From Gaiellaceae bacterium (GTDB taxonomy: Bacteria > Actinomycetota > Thermoleophilia > Gaiellales > Gaiellaceae), in contig DASTCG010000026.1 of the NCBI GenBank assembly GCA_035711385.1, positions 2,133-66,132 of the forward strand: DNA of 64,000 nucleotides, read 5' to 3'. The translations under genes and the position numbers were made by a program. Below the pieces are notes generated by a model, which did no database searches, had not been told where the DNA came from, and worked only from the letters and a program-made list of their open reading frames with translations. Below, piece by piece: positions 1 to 7,266 of this stretch (the first letter of the stretch is position 1; every line of letters begins with the position of its first letter).

Positions 1-15
1 GTGTCGTTTCGGGGC

Positions 16-44
16 TTGCATCTCCCCAGGCATCGCCCTAGTGT
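16..44 (+). promoter_or_regulatory. sigma-70-like promoter of RNA copy 1 (TTGCAT-17 nt-TAGTGT)
   Basis: The -35 hexamer at 16-21 and -10 hexamer at 39-44 have a 17-nt spacer. Both hexamers sit at exactly the same offset (+283) as the promoter-like hexamers of copy 2, although the spacer sequence is not conserved. Confidence 0.4.
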
Positions 45-49
45 CCTCC

Positions 50-206
50 CTGCGTCGAGCACGGGACGCGAGTAGGACGAACCCGATCCTGAGGGCTGTA
101 GCCGGAAGGCAAAAGTCACCAGGATCGGTGGACGAAAGCGGAACCGGCTCGGCGAACGATCTGGCGCAGAGGGGCTCTCGGGTTCCTCGGCGCCAGATCC
201 TTTTTT
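50..206 (+). ncRNA. structured RNA, copy 1 of a tandem pair (riboswitch-like leader or sRNA, class unassigned)
   Basis: About 90% identical over ~169 nt to 321-489. Closing helix CGUCGAGC (53-60) / GCUCGGCG (147-154). Two internal hairpins carry a GGACGAA(A)GC motif, plus a GGC-AAAA-GUC hairpin. It ends in an intrinsic terminator. The 5' end is estimated from the -10 box. Confidence 0.6.
158..206 (+). terminator. intrinsic terminator of RNA copy 1
   Basis: 10-bp stem GATCTGGCGC (158-167) / GCGCCAGATC (190-199) followed by T6 (201-206). There is no T-tract on the other side, so it is plus-strand specific. Confidence 0.75.
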
Positions 207-298
207 GTGTCCGTCGGTAGAGCGCACGCTCCCGAAAGCTGTAGAGATGTGAAAAACTGAACTTTTCGCAAATTGCGGGAAGTTGTTCTTCCGCGGTC

Positions 299-327
299 TT
301 GAAACCGTACGCTGCCGGGCCTAATGT
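299..327 (+). promoter_or_regulatory. sigma-70-like promoter of RNA copy 2 (TTGAAA-17 nt-TAATGT)
   Basis: -35 at 299-304 and -10 at 322-327 with a 17-nt spacer. It lies at the end of a lower-GC spacer (207-298). Confidence 0.45.
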
Positions 328-332
328 CCTCC

Positions 333-489
333 CTGCGTCGAGCACGGGACGCGAGTAGGACGAAGCAGATCCTGAGGGCCGTAGCCGGAAGGCGAAAGCC
401 AGCGGGATCGGTGGACGAAAGCGGAACCGGCTCGGCGAACGAACTGGCGCAGAGGTGCCTTCGGGTACCTAGGCGCCAGTTCGTTTTTC
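333..489 (+). ncRNA. structured RNA, copy 2 of the tandem pair; possible cis-regulatory leader of the 538..768 ORF
   Basis: Same architecture as copy 1: closing helix 336-343 / 430-437, GGC-GAAA-GCC GNRA hairpin at 391-400, terminator at 440-488. It ends 50 nt before the start of a small membrane-protein ORF. Confidence 0.6.
440..488 (+). terminator. intrinsic terminator of RNA copy 2
   Basis: Stem CGAACTGGCGC (440-450) / GCGCCAGTTCG (473-483) followed by T5 (484-488). Relative to copy 1, the T160-A197 pair becomes A443-T480, a compensatory change. Confidence 0.75.
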
Positions 490-537
490 TGGTTCGGTCG
501 CCTGGCTCGCCTTCGCCCCCGCTAGGATCGTCGCCGC

Positions 538-768
538 ATGCACCTGCGCCAGCCGAGCTTCGATCGAGGCGTGACCTCCTTCCTCTGGGCCGTCGGCCTC
601 GGCCTCTATCTCTGGCTCGGGATGCTCGCCGTCGGCGTGAACAAGGCAACGGCCTTCATCTTCAGCCTGCTGGCAGCGGGAGCGATCTTCCTCGTCGTCC
701 GCCTCTACGGCGGTCGCGAGGTGCGCAGGCCGGCTCAGTCGAGCAGCACGCGAGCCGGGAGACGGTGA
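538..768 (+). CDS. small membrane protein, two predicted TM helices (76 aa), hypothetical
   Basis: Strong GC3 codon bias in this frame. Two hydrophobic stretches (FLWAVGLGLYLWLGMLAV and AFIFSLLAAGAIFLVV). No family recognised. Confidence 0.55.
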   Translation: MHLRQPSFDRGVTSFLWAVGLGLYLWLGMLAVGVNKATAFIFSLLAAGAIFLVVRLYGGREVRRPAQSSSTRAGRR

Positions 769-938
769 TCCCCGGCGAGCGCGCCGACCAGGCGGCGCGC
801 GAGCTCTCCGCCGAGTGCCGCCTCGAGCCGGTCACGCGCGTGCGGCTTTGCCTCCGCGAGGCATGAGACGCGGGCGCAGTGGTCGAGGAGACGATCGACG
901 GCCCTCCCCTCTTCGGGCGGCAGCGGCAGGATGATCAC
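735..938 (-). CDS. hypothetical small protein (67 aa)
   Basis: GTG-start ORF with good GC3 bias. No recognisable domain and no clear SD. It converges on and overlaps 538..768 by 34 nt. Confidence 0.3.
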   Translation of the reverse strand: MIILPLPPEEGRAVDRLLDHCARVSCLAEAKPHARDRLEAALGGELARRLVGALAGDHRLPARVLLD

Positions 939-1040
939 GGCACTCTGTCTATCGTCGGGGCGGTCGTGGGCGCCGATCCCTGGCGGGAGGGACGCCCGGG
1001 CGGTCCGAACCCGCCGAAACCGAATCGACTCTGAAGAAAG

Positions 1041-1556
1041 CTAGTACGAGATGAGTGAGTGGAGCGGGTACTTCGACAGACGCTCCCGCCCGCCGAGGAA
1101 GGTCAGCTCGATGATGAAGTTGACGCCGACCACCACCCCCCCGAGCTGCTCGACCAGGCCGCCGATCGCCTCGACGGTTCCTCCCGTTGCGAGCACGTCG
1201 TCATGGATGACGACGCGCGCGCCGGCCCCGATCGCGTCGGCGTTCAGCTCGAGCGCGTTCTGGCCGTACTCGAGCGCGTAGGTCGCGCTGACCGTCTCCG
1301 GCGGAAGCTTGCCCGGGCGGCGGGCCGGCACGAACCCGCACGGCACCTCCTTTGCGATCGCCGCCCCGAGGATGAAGCCCCGCGCCTCTGCGCCGAGGAC
1401 GAGGTCCGGGCGCTGCTCCCGCGTCCAGGTCGCGAGCTCGTCCACCGTCTGAGCCAGTGCCTCGGGGTCGCGCAGAAGTGGACTCACGTCCTTGAAACCC
1501 ACGCCGGGCTCGGGCCAGTCGGGCACCTCCCGGACTCGCGTCTTCAAGTCGATCAC
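1041..1556 (-). CDS. apt: adenine phosphoribosyltransferase
   Basis: Full-length match to the Apt pattern: FKDVSPLL, GAEARGF, PRPP motif VVIHDDVLATGGT. Confidence 0.95.
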   Translation of the reverse strand: MIDLKTRVREVPDWPEPGVGFKDVSPLLRDPEALAQTVDELATWTREQRPDLVLGAEARGFILGAAIAKEVPCGFVPARRPGKLPPETVSATYALEYGQNALELNADAIGAGARVVIHDDVLATGGTVEAIGGLVEQLGGVVVGVNFIIELTFLGGRERLSKYPLHSLISY

Positions 1557-2233
1557 GACGCTGCAACCTTACGCAGGGAGCGCCAGAACAGGAGCTGCGA
1601 CAGCTCCTGGGCATGCTCGGCGAGCAGCGCGAGGTCGTCGAGGCCGCCCTGGCGGCGCTCGGTGTTTCTCGAGCGCAGCGACGGCGCGACGACCGTCTGG
1701 AGGAGGCCGACCTCCCGCTCGGCGGCGGACCGGAACGAGCGGAGGTGGCGGCCGTCGATGCCGAACCGTGCGAGCTTCGCGCAGGCGGCCGCGATCTCGG
1801 CCTCGCCCTCGCGGTAGAGGCGCTCTCCGCCGTCCACACGCGACTCGAGGAGGCCGAACTCCTCGAGCTGCCGGGCGAGCGACGGCGTGAGGCCGGCGCG
1901 TTCGCAGAGCTCGGCGAGGTCGATCTCGGCCTCGGCGTCGGCCGTGCGGCGGCGGCGGGTCGTCGCGGCCGTCGCCGCGAGCTCCTGGCGGATCACCCGC
2001 AGCGGCAGGAACTCGTCGCGCTGGAGCCGGAGAATCGTCCTGAGCCGGTCGACGTCATCCGTGCCGAAGAGGCGGTACCGGCCTGGCGTCCGACGCGGCG
2101 CGAGCAGGCCCTGGTCTTCGAGGTAGCGAATCTTCGAGATCGAGATGTCGGGGAACTCCTCGCGGAGCAGTCGGCAGACCGCGCCGATCGTGAGCGGGCG
2201 CTCGTCGTCCTGGGTAGCCGCCGCGGTGGTCAT
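1553..2233 (-). CDS. MerR-family transcriptional regulator (FtsR / Rv1828-like)
   Basis: N-terminal MerR HTH (TIGAVCRLL...ISKIRYLEDQGLL...TPGRYRLF). 4-nt overlaps with neighbours. Sits downstream of the FHA gene, as in the mycobacterial garA-Rv1828 arrangement. Confidence 0.85.
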   Translation of the reverse strand: MTTAAATQDDERPLTIGAVCRLLREEFPDISISKIRYLEDQGLLAPRRTPGRYRLFGTDDVDRLRTILRLQRDEFLPLRVIRQELAATAATTRRRRTADAEAEIDLAELCERAGLTPSLARQLEEFGLLESRVDGGERLYREGEAEIAAACAKLARFGIDGRHLRSFRSAAEREVGLLQTVVAPSLRSRNTERRQGGLDDLALLAEHAQELSQLLFWRSLRKVAAS

Positions 2234-2691
2234 TGCTCCAAGAAGGTCAACCGATACTTGCCGATCTGCAACTCGTCGCCGTCTGCGAGCGGCGACGAGT
2301 CGATGCGCCGCCGGTTGACGAACGTCCCGTTCAGGCTGCCTTCGTCCTCGATCACGAACCCATCGTCTGCCCGGAGGAGAACTGCGTGCTTGCGCGAGAC
2401 GGTGACGTCGTCGAGGAAGATGTCGCAGTCAGGGGAGCGCCCGATGGTCGTCCGGTCGCCCGACGGAACGAAGTGCTCCCCGGCCCGACCGCCGCCGGAA
2501 CGGACGACGAGCGCGGGGCCCTCCATCCCGAGCTCCTCGAGCGGCGACTGCTCGTCGAGCTCCTCGGGCGTGAAGGCCACCGTCGTGTCGGCACCGGGCG
2601 GCTCGCGGACGAGCGCCGTGCCGCACTTCGAGCAGAAGTTCGCGGTCTCCGGGTTCTGGAACCCGCACTCAGGGCAGTAGACGTGCGGCAA
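2230..2691 (-). CDS. FHA-domain protein with N-terminal zinc ribbon (GarA/OdhI-like)
   Basis: CPECG...CSKCG ribbon. The C-terminal FHA signature is TIGRSPDCDIFLDDVTVSRKHA...DEGSLNGTFVN. A DTTVAF segment resembles the GarA ETTSVF phospho-acceptor motif. Confidence 0.85.
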   Translation of the reverse strand: MPHVYCPECGFQNPETANFCSKCGTALVREPPGADTTVAFTPEELDEQSPLEELGMEGPALVVRSGGGRAGEHFVPSGDRTTIGRSPDCDIFLDDVTVSRKHAVLLRADDGFVIEDEGSLNGTFVNRRRIDSSPLADGDELQIGKYRLTFLEQ

Positions 2692-2700
2692 CGAGCGCCT

Positions 2701-2955
2701 CTAGCTCTCGTTGGGCGGAGTCGCCTTGCCGGCCAGGATCGCCGCCAGCCGGTCGACGTCGACCTCTCCGAGCGGCCCCTCCCCCGCTCCCTCCTGCTGC
2801 TGGAGCCGCGAGACGAGCTCTGCGCGCAGGATGTCGATCTTCCCGTGAAGCAGGCGGCGCCGGTACGACACCTCCTGCTCCTCGCGCTGGAGGTCGTCGA
2901 TGAGCGACTTCAGCTCGGAGTCGGAGAGGGATGCGAGATCGGGCAGCGGTTCCAT
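2701..2955 (-). CDS. small coiled-coil protein, RsiG-like (84 aa)
   Basis: Contains EQEVSYRRRLLHGKID, i.e. E-x3-S-x2-R-x3-H-x3-D. This is one residue away from the c-di-GMP-binding E-x3-S-x2-R-x3-Q-x3-D motif of RsiG anti-sigma factors. Confidence 0.6.
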   Translation of the reverse strand: MEPLPDLASLSDSELKSLIDDLQREEQEVSYRRRLLHGKIDILRAELVSRLQQQEGAGEGPLGEVDVDRLAAILAGKATPPNES

Positions 2956-2996
2956 GGAGGCCTTTCGTTCGGGGGCTCAGTTAACCAGTCGGACGC

Positions 2997-5543
2997 CTAA
3001 GGGTCAATCTCAACTTGAGTGTTGGGGCCTGCGTTGCTTGCGTCGCCCTCTCCATTCTGCAGGACGTCCTCGACGAGGCCGCGAAGCTCCTGCTCGAGCT
3101 CGGCGGATGCGTCCTCGCTCTCGCCCTCGGCGTACACGTGGACGAGCGGCTCGTCGGGATCGGGAAGCACCTGCGCCCAGCCGCGCTTGTCGTAGACCTT
3201 GATCCCGTCGCGAAGATCGACCTCGCGGTCCTTGAGCCGCTCGGTGAGCACCCGCATGACGAGTCCTTTCTGCGCCCACGGGCACGGAACCTGCCTGTGG
3301 ACGACGTGCGACACGGGGAGCTCGGCGACGAGCTCGGAGAGCGGCCGGTCGACCGGTGCGAAAAGCTCGAGGAGCTTGCAGAGACTCGCAATCGCGTCGT
3401 AGGCGGGAAGGAACTCCGGGAACACGTATCCGCCGCCCACGGCGCCGGCGAAGATCACGCCGTCCTCGGCTGCGGCCTTCGTGAGCTCGGCGAGCGACGC
3501 CGGCGTGCGCACGATCTCCAGGCTGCTCCCCTCGACGAGGCGCTCGACCTGGCTCGTGACGGTGACCGGGAACGCGAGCTTCCCGACGCGCCCGTCGCTT
3601 CCGATCAGGCGGAGGAAGAGCAGGAGGGCCTGCTCGACCGGGATCTCCCGCGCCTGGTCGTCCACCAGGTAGAGGCGTTCCGCGGCCCGGTCGAAGACGA
3701 CGCCCAGGTCGGCCCCGACCGCGCCCACGAGCCGCTTCGTCTGTCCGACGAGGCTCCTGAGGGTCGCCGTCTCGCCGGGAGGGAGGTCGGGCGTGAAGGC
3801 GTGCGCCGCCACCGCCTCGACGGCGAGCGGGCCGAGCACCAGCGGCAGCACGAACGACGCTGCCGAGTAGCCGTAGTCGACGACGATCCGGAAGCCGCGC
3901 CTGCGGATCTGCTCGACGTCGAGGTTCGACAGGAGGTCGTCGGCGTATTCCTCGCGCGCGCGGGCCGGGTAGCTGATACCGCCCACGTCCGCCGCCCCCA
4001 CCGAGCGCAGCTCGTGCCGGCTGAAGTGCTTCTCGATCTCCTTCTGGAACGAGGCGGAGGCCTCGATCCCCGGGTGCTCGAAGAACTGGATCTTGACGGC
4101 CTCGGGATCGGCGCTCGAGAGCCCGACGTGGAAGCCGGCGTCGTAGCCGTGGCTCTTGAGGAGATGGCGCGCGACGGCGGCCGGCAGAACACGCAGGTCG
4201 GCGACGTCTACGCCGGTCGAGTTGAGGCCGGAGATCATCGCCCGCTTGATCATCCGACAGGCCGGCGCGGACTCGCGGCTCGCGACGACGCGGGCGCCCC
4301 GCTTCAGAGCCGTTCCCATCGCGGCGGCGACGCGGAGCGCCAAGTCCGGCGTCAGGTCGACGTTCACGAGCCCGGTGATGCCTCCCTCGCCGAACAGCCG
4401 CGGGCTGGAGCGCGATTCGAAGATGAGATTCTCGTAGACCTGCGACCCGGACTCGACCTCCTTGAACGGGAAGATCCGGATGCCGGGCATGACGACGCTC
4501 TCGGCGCCGATGGTGACCTCGTCGCCGATCGCGACGTCCTCGTGGATGCGCACGTGCGCGCGGATGTCGCAGTTCCTCCCCACGATCGCGTTCTCGATCA
4601 GCGCGCTGCGGCCGACGTGCGTGGACGCGTCGATCACCGAGGCGACGGTGCGCGCACGCTCGCGGAGCGTGACGCTCGACGAGAGCACCGAGTACGGCCC
4701 GACGGTCGCGTCGGCGCCGATCCGGCAGTAGTTCCCGAGGTAGGCCGGGCCCTCGATGCGGTCGATGTCGTCGATCTCGACCCCCTCGCCCAGCCAGACG
4801 TTGCCGCGAAGCCGCACTCCCGGGATGTCGAGCTGGACGCTTCCGTCGAGGGCGTCGAAGTTCGCCTGACGGTACTGGGCCAGGTTCCCGATGTCCTGCC
4901 AGTAGCCGTCGACGACATAGCCGTACATGGGTCGACCCATCTCGAGGAGGAGCGGGAAGAGCTCCTTCGAGAAGTCGTACGGCCGATCGGTGGGAACGTG
5001 GCTCAGCACCTCGGGCTCGAGGACGTAGACGCCGGTGTTGATGGTGTCCGAGAACACCTGGCTCCAGGAGGGCTTCTCGAGGAACCGCTCGATGCGGCCG
5101 TCGCTGTCGGTGACGACGATCCCGAACTCGAGCGGGTTCTCGACCGACTTGAGCGCGATCGTCGCGGCGGCGCCCTGCTCCTTGTGGAACTCGATGAGCT
5201 TCGTCAGGTCGAAGTCGCAGAGGGCGTCGCCCGAGATCACGAGGAACGTGTCGTCGAGGCGGCCGCTCGCGAGCCCCACCGAGCCGGCGGTGCCGAGCGG
5301 TGACTCTTCGACGGAGTACTCCATCCTCAGTCCGATGCTCTCGCCGTCTCCGAAGTAGCTGCGGATCGCCTGCGGCAAGAAGGCGACGGTGACGATCACG
5401 TCCTCGAGGCCGTGAGAGCGCAGGAGCTCGAGGATGTGCTCCATGCACGGCTTCCCCACGATGGGCACCATCGGCTTGGGCTGGTTCGAGGTCAGCGGGC
5501 GGAGGCGCGTCCCCTCCCCGCCTGCCATCACGACCGCCTTCAC
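2997..5543 (-). CDS. sugar-phosphate nucleotidyltransferase (GMPP-like) fused to a degenerate phosphomannomutase/PGM-like domain (848 aa)
   Basis: N-terminus [17 protein letters not shown], then left-handed beta-helix repeats and a four-domain PGM/PMM fold. Start set at GTG 5543 (GTGA overlap with the upstream stop). The longer ORF to 5684 is an Arg-rich extension running into pgsA. Confidence 0.85.
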   Translation of the reverse strand: MKAVVMAGGEGTRLRPLTSNQPKPMVPIVGKPCMEHILELLRSHGLEDVIVTVAFLPQAIRSYFGDGESIGLRMEYSVEESPLGTAGSVGLASGRLDDTFLVISGDALCDFDLTKLIEFHKEQGAAATIALKSVENPLEFGIVVTDSDGRIERFLEKPSWSQVFSDTINTGVYVLEPEVLSHVPTDRPYDFSKELFPLLLEMGRPMYGYVVDGYWQDIGNLAQYRQANFDALDGSVQLDIPGVRLRGNVWLGEGVEIDDIDRIEGPAYLGNYCRIGADATVGPYSVLSSSVTLRERARTVASVIDASTHVGRSALIENAIVGRNCDIRAHVRIHEDVAIGDEVTIGAESVVMPGIRIFPFKEVESGSQVYENLIFESRSSPRLFGEGGITGLVNVDLTPDLALRVAAAMGTALKRGARVVASRESAPACRMIKRAMISGLNSTGVDVADLRVLPAAVARHLLKSHGYDAGFHVGLSSADPEAVKIQFFEHPGIEASASFQKEIEKHFSRHELRSVGAADVGGISYPARAREEYADDLLSNLDVEQIRRRGFRIVVDYGYSAASFVLPLVLGPLAVEAVAAHAFTPDLPPGETATLRSLVGQTKRLVGAVGADLGVVFDRAAERLYLVDDQAREIPVEQALLLFLRLIGSDGRVGKLAFPVTVTSQVERLVEGSSLEIVRTPASLAELTKAAAEDGVIFAGAVGGGYVFPEFLPAYDAIASLCKLLELFAPVDRPLSELVAELPVSHVVHRQVPCPWAQKGLVMRVLTERLKDREVDLRDGIKVYDKRGWAQVLPDPDEPLVHVYAEGESEDASAELEQELRGLVEDVLQNGEGDASNAGPNTQVEIDP

Positions 5544-6088
5544 GACCGGCTCCTGAGCGCGCCGACGACGTAGGCGGCGCCCGCGACGAGTGCGAGCGCG
5601 AGCCCGATCCAGAAGAGAACGAGCGGGAAGTCCGTGCCCTCCGGGGTCGCCAGCATCAGCGTGAGGGCGGCGTAGAGGATCCATGTGGCGGCCTTGCCGG
5701 CGAAGCTGACCGAGAGCTCGTACCCGCGGGGCACGACGAGCTTGTACCCGCCCACGAGCAGGACGTCACGGGCCAGGATCAGTACCAGGCCGGGCCAGGG
5801 GACCCGTCCGTAGAGGAAGAGCCCGATCACGGCGGTGTCGATCATCAACCGGTCGGCGAGCGGGTCGGCGACGGTACCGAACCGGGACTCCACGTGCCAG
5901 CGGCGCGCAAGCCAGCCGTCGAGCTGGTCGGTGGCCGCCGCGGCGGCGAAGAGGATCGCTGCGGGCCAGCTCTGCCCGCCGTCGGCGTCGAGGAGCAGAA
6001 CGATGAAAACCGGAATCGCCGCGAAGCGCGCGATCGTCAATGCGTTCGGGATCTGCGCGAGGCGGAGCGGGACGACTCGTTCGGCCAT
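5540..6088 (-). CDS. pgsA: CDP-alcohol phosphatidyltransferase (PgsA / CDP-type cardiolipin synthase-like)
   Basis: Motif [11 protein letters not shown]...G...DPLADR. Start at ATG 6088 (MAERVVPL...), because the upstream part of the ORF is low-complexity. Confidence 0.85.
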   Translation of the reverse strand: MAERVVPLRLAQIPNALTIARFAAIPVFIVLLLDADGGQSWPAAILFAAAAATDQLDGWLARRWHVESRFGTVADPLADRLMIDTAVIGLFLYGRVPWPGLVLILARDVLLVGGYKLVVPRGYELSVSFAGKAATWILYAALTLMLATPEGTDFPLVLFWIGLALALVAGAAYVVGALRSRS

Positions 6089-6236
6089 CCCTGGCAAGGA
6101 TAAAGCTCCTGGCGAGGCGGGCTCGGCGGCCACGTCCGCAGCTGGGGCCTCCAACCTCCTCCCCACTTCGAGCCTAGTGCCGCGCGGCGCGCGCGTGTGG
6201 AACGCGGCCGCGCCAGAAGTGTGACGATGGCCCGCG

Positions 6237-7250
6237 ATGGCCGAGCCGACCACGCTGGCGCTCCCGGGGTTCGTGAACGCCCACTGCCATGCGTTCCAGC
6301 GGGCCCTCCGTGGCCGCAGAACCGGTGGAGACTTCTGGGCCTGGCGGGACGCGATGATCGTGGAGGCCGAGCGCCAGACACCGGAGACGGTCCGGCGGGA
6401 CTACGCCGAGACGTACCGCGAGCTCCGCGCGGCCGGCTACACGGCCGTCGGCGAGTTCCACTACCTCGGCCTACCGGAAGCGCATGCAGCCGCCGAGGCG
6501 GCTCGTGAGGCAGGCGTCGAGCTCGTCCTCCTGCTCAGCGCCTATGCCCGCGGCGGGAGCGAGCGCTTCCGGCAGGCGTCGCCTTCCGAGTACATCGGCC
6601 AGCTCGAGGAGCTGACGGCAGCCGGTGTGCGCGTCGGATGCGCGCCTCACTCGGTCCGCGCCTGCCCGCCGGACTGGCTCGAGGCGATCGGGGCATACGC
6701 AGCCAGAGCGGAGCTTTCGCTCCATGTCCACGTCGACGAGCAGCCGCGCGAGATCGAGGAATGCCTTGCCGAGCACGGGGTCCGGCCCATCGAGCTGCTC
6801 GAGCGCACCGGCTGCCTCGGCTCCCGCACGACCGTCGTCCATGCCACGCACGCGGACGACCGGGAGCTCGACCTCCTGGCGGCCGCGGGTGCGCGAGTCT
6901 GCGTCTGCCCGACGACGGAGGCGAACCTCGGCGACGGCTTCGCGCCGTTCGAGCGGATCCGTGAGCGGGGAATCGGGATCTGCATCGGCTCGGACTCGAA
7001 CGTGCGAATCGACCCGCTCGAGGAGCTGCGCGAGCTCGAGACGACCGCGAGGCGCCGGACGCTGGCGCGCGAGGTCTGCGATGCCGGCACGCTCCTCTGC
7101 TTCGGGGCCGACGAGGGCGCCGCGGCGCTCGGGCTCGAGTCCTGGCCCGACACGGCCGTCGACCTGGAGCATTCGTCGCTCCGCGGCGTCGAGCGGGAAG
7201 ACGTCCTGGACGCGCTCGTCTTCAGCTGCGGCGCCGACGTCTTCGTCTAG
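6237..7250 (+). CDS. amidohydrolase-superfamily deiminase/deaminase (formimidoylglutamate deiminase-like, short form)
   Basis: N-terminal metal motif FVNAHCHAFQRALRG and later HATH and GSDS motifs. It lacks the usual ~50-aa N-terminal beta-sandwich. Confidence 0.7.
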   Translation: MAEPTTLALPGFVNAHCHAFQRALRGRRTGGDFWAWRDAMIVEAERQTPETVRRDYAETYRELRAAGYTAVGEFHYLGLPEAHAAAEAAREAGVELVLLLSAYARGGSERFRQASPSEYIGQLEELTAAGVRVGCAPHSVRACPPDWLEAIGAYAARAELSLHVHVDEQPREIEECLAEHGVRPIELLERTGCLGSRTTVVHATHADDRELDLLAAAGARVCVCPTTEANLGDGFAPFERIRERGIGICIGSDSNVRIDPLEELRELETTARRRTLAREVCDAGTLLCFGADEGAAALGLESWPDTAVDLEHSSLRGVEREDVLDALVFSCGADVFV

Positions 7251-7266
7251 GGCGAGCCCCGACGGC

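Noticed and set aside
38-489. Assigning the tandem RNA to a known class (c-di-AMP ydaO, c-di-GMP-I, SRP/4.5S RNA, guanidine-II, glycine, TPP)
   Set aside because: Only short chance resemblances were found (GGACGAAAGC vs GGACGCAAAGC of GEMM-I, CCGGAAGG vs SRP domain IV, ACGA words vs mini-ykkC). The defining conserved cores of those families are absent, an SRP RNA would not be duplicated with its own terminators, and the downstream gene is not a typical regulon member. It is left unassigned pending a covariance-model search.
116-866. ORFs 116..649 (minus, 177 aa) and 324..866 (plus, 180 aa) covering the tandem RNA units
   Set aside because: They are Arg/Pro/Ser-rich and low in complexity. They run straight through two intrinsic terminators. 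The copy-to-copy substitutions are stem-compensatory rather than synonymous. The 324 ATG is GTG in copy 1.
3010-5448. 812-aa minus-strand and 762-aa plus-strand ORFs overlapping the nucleotidyltransferase/PMM-like gene
   Set aside because: They are alternative frames or antisense to a clearly homologous gene. The composition is dominated by Arg, Pro, Gly and Asp, typical of off-frame translation in high-GC DNA.
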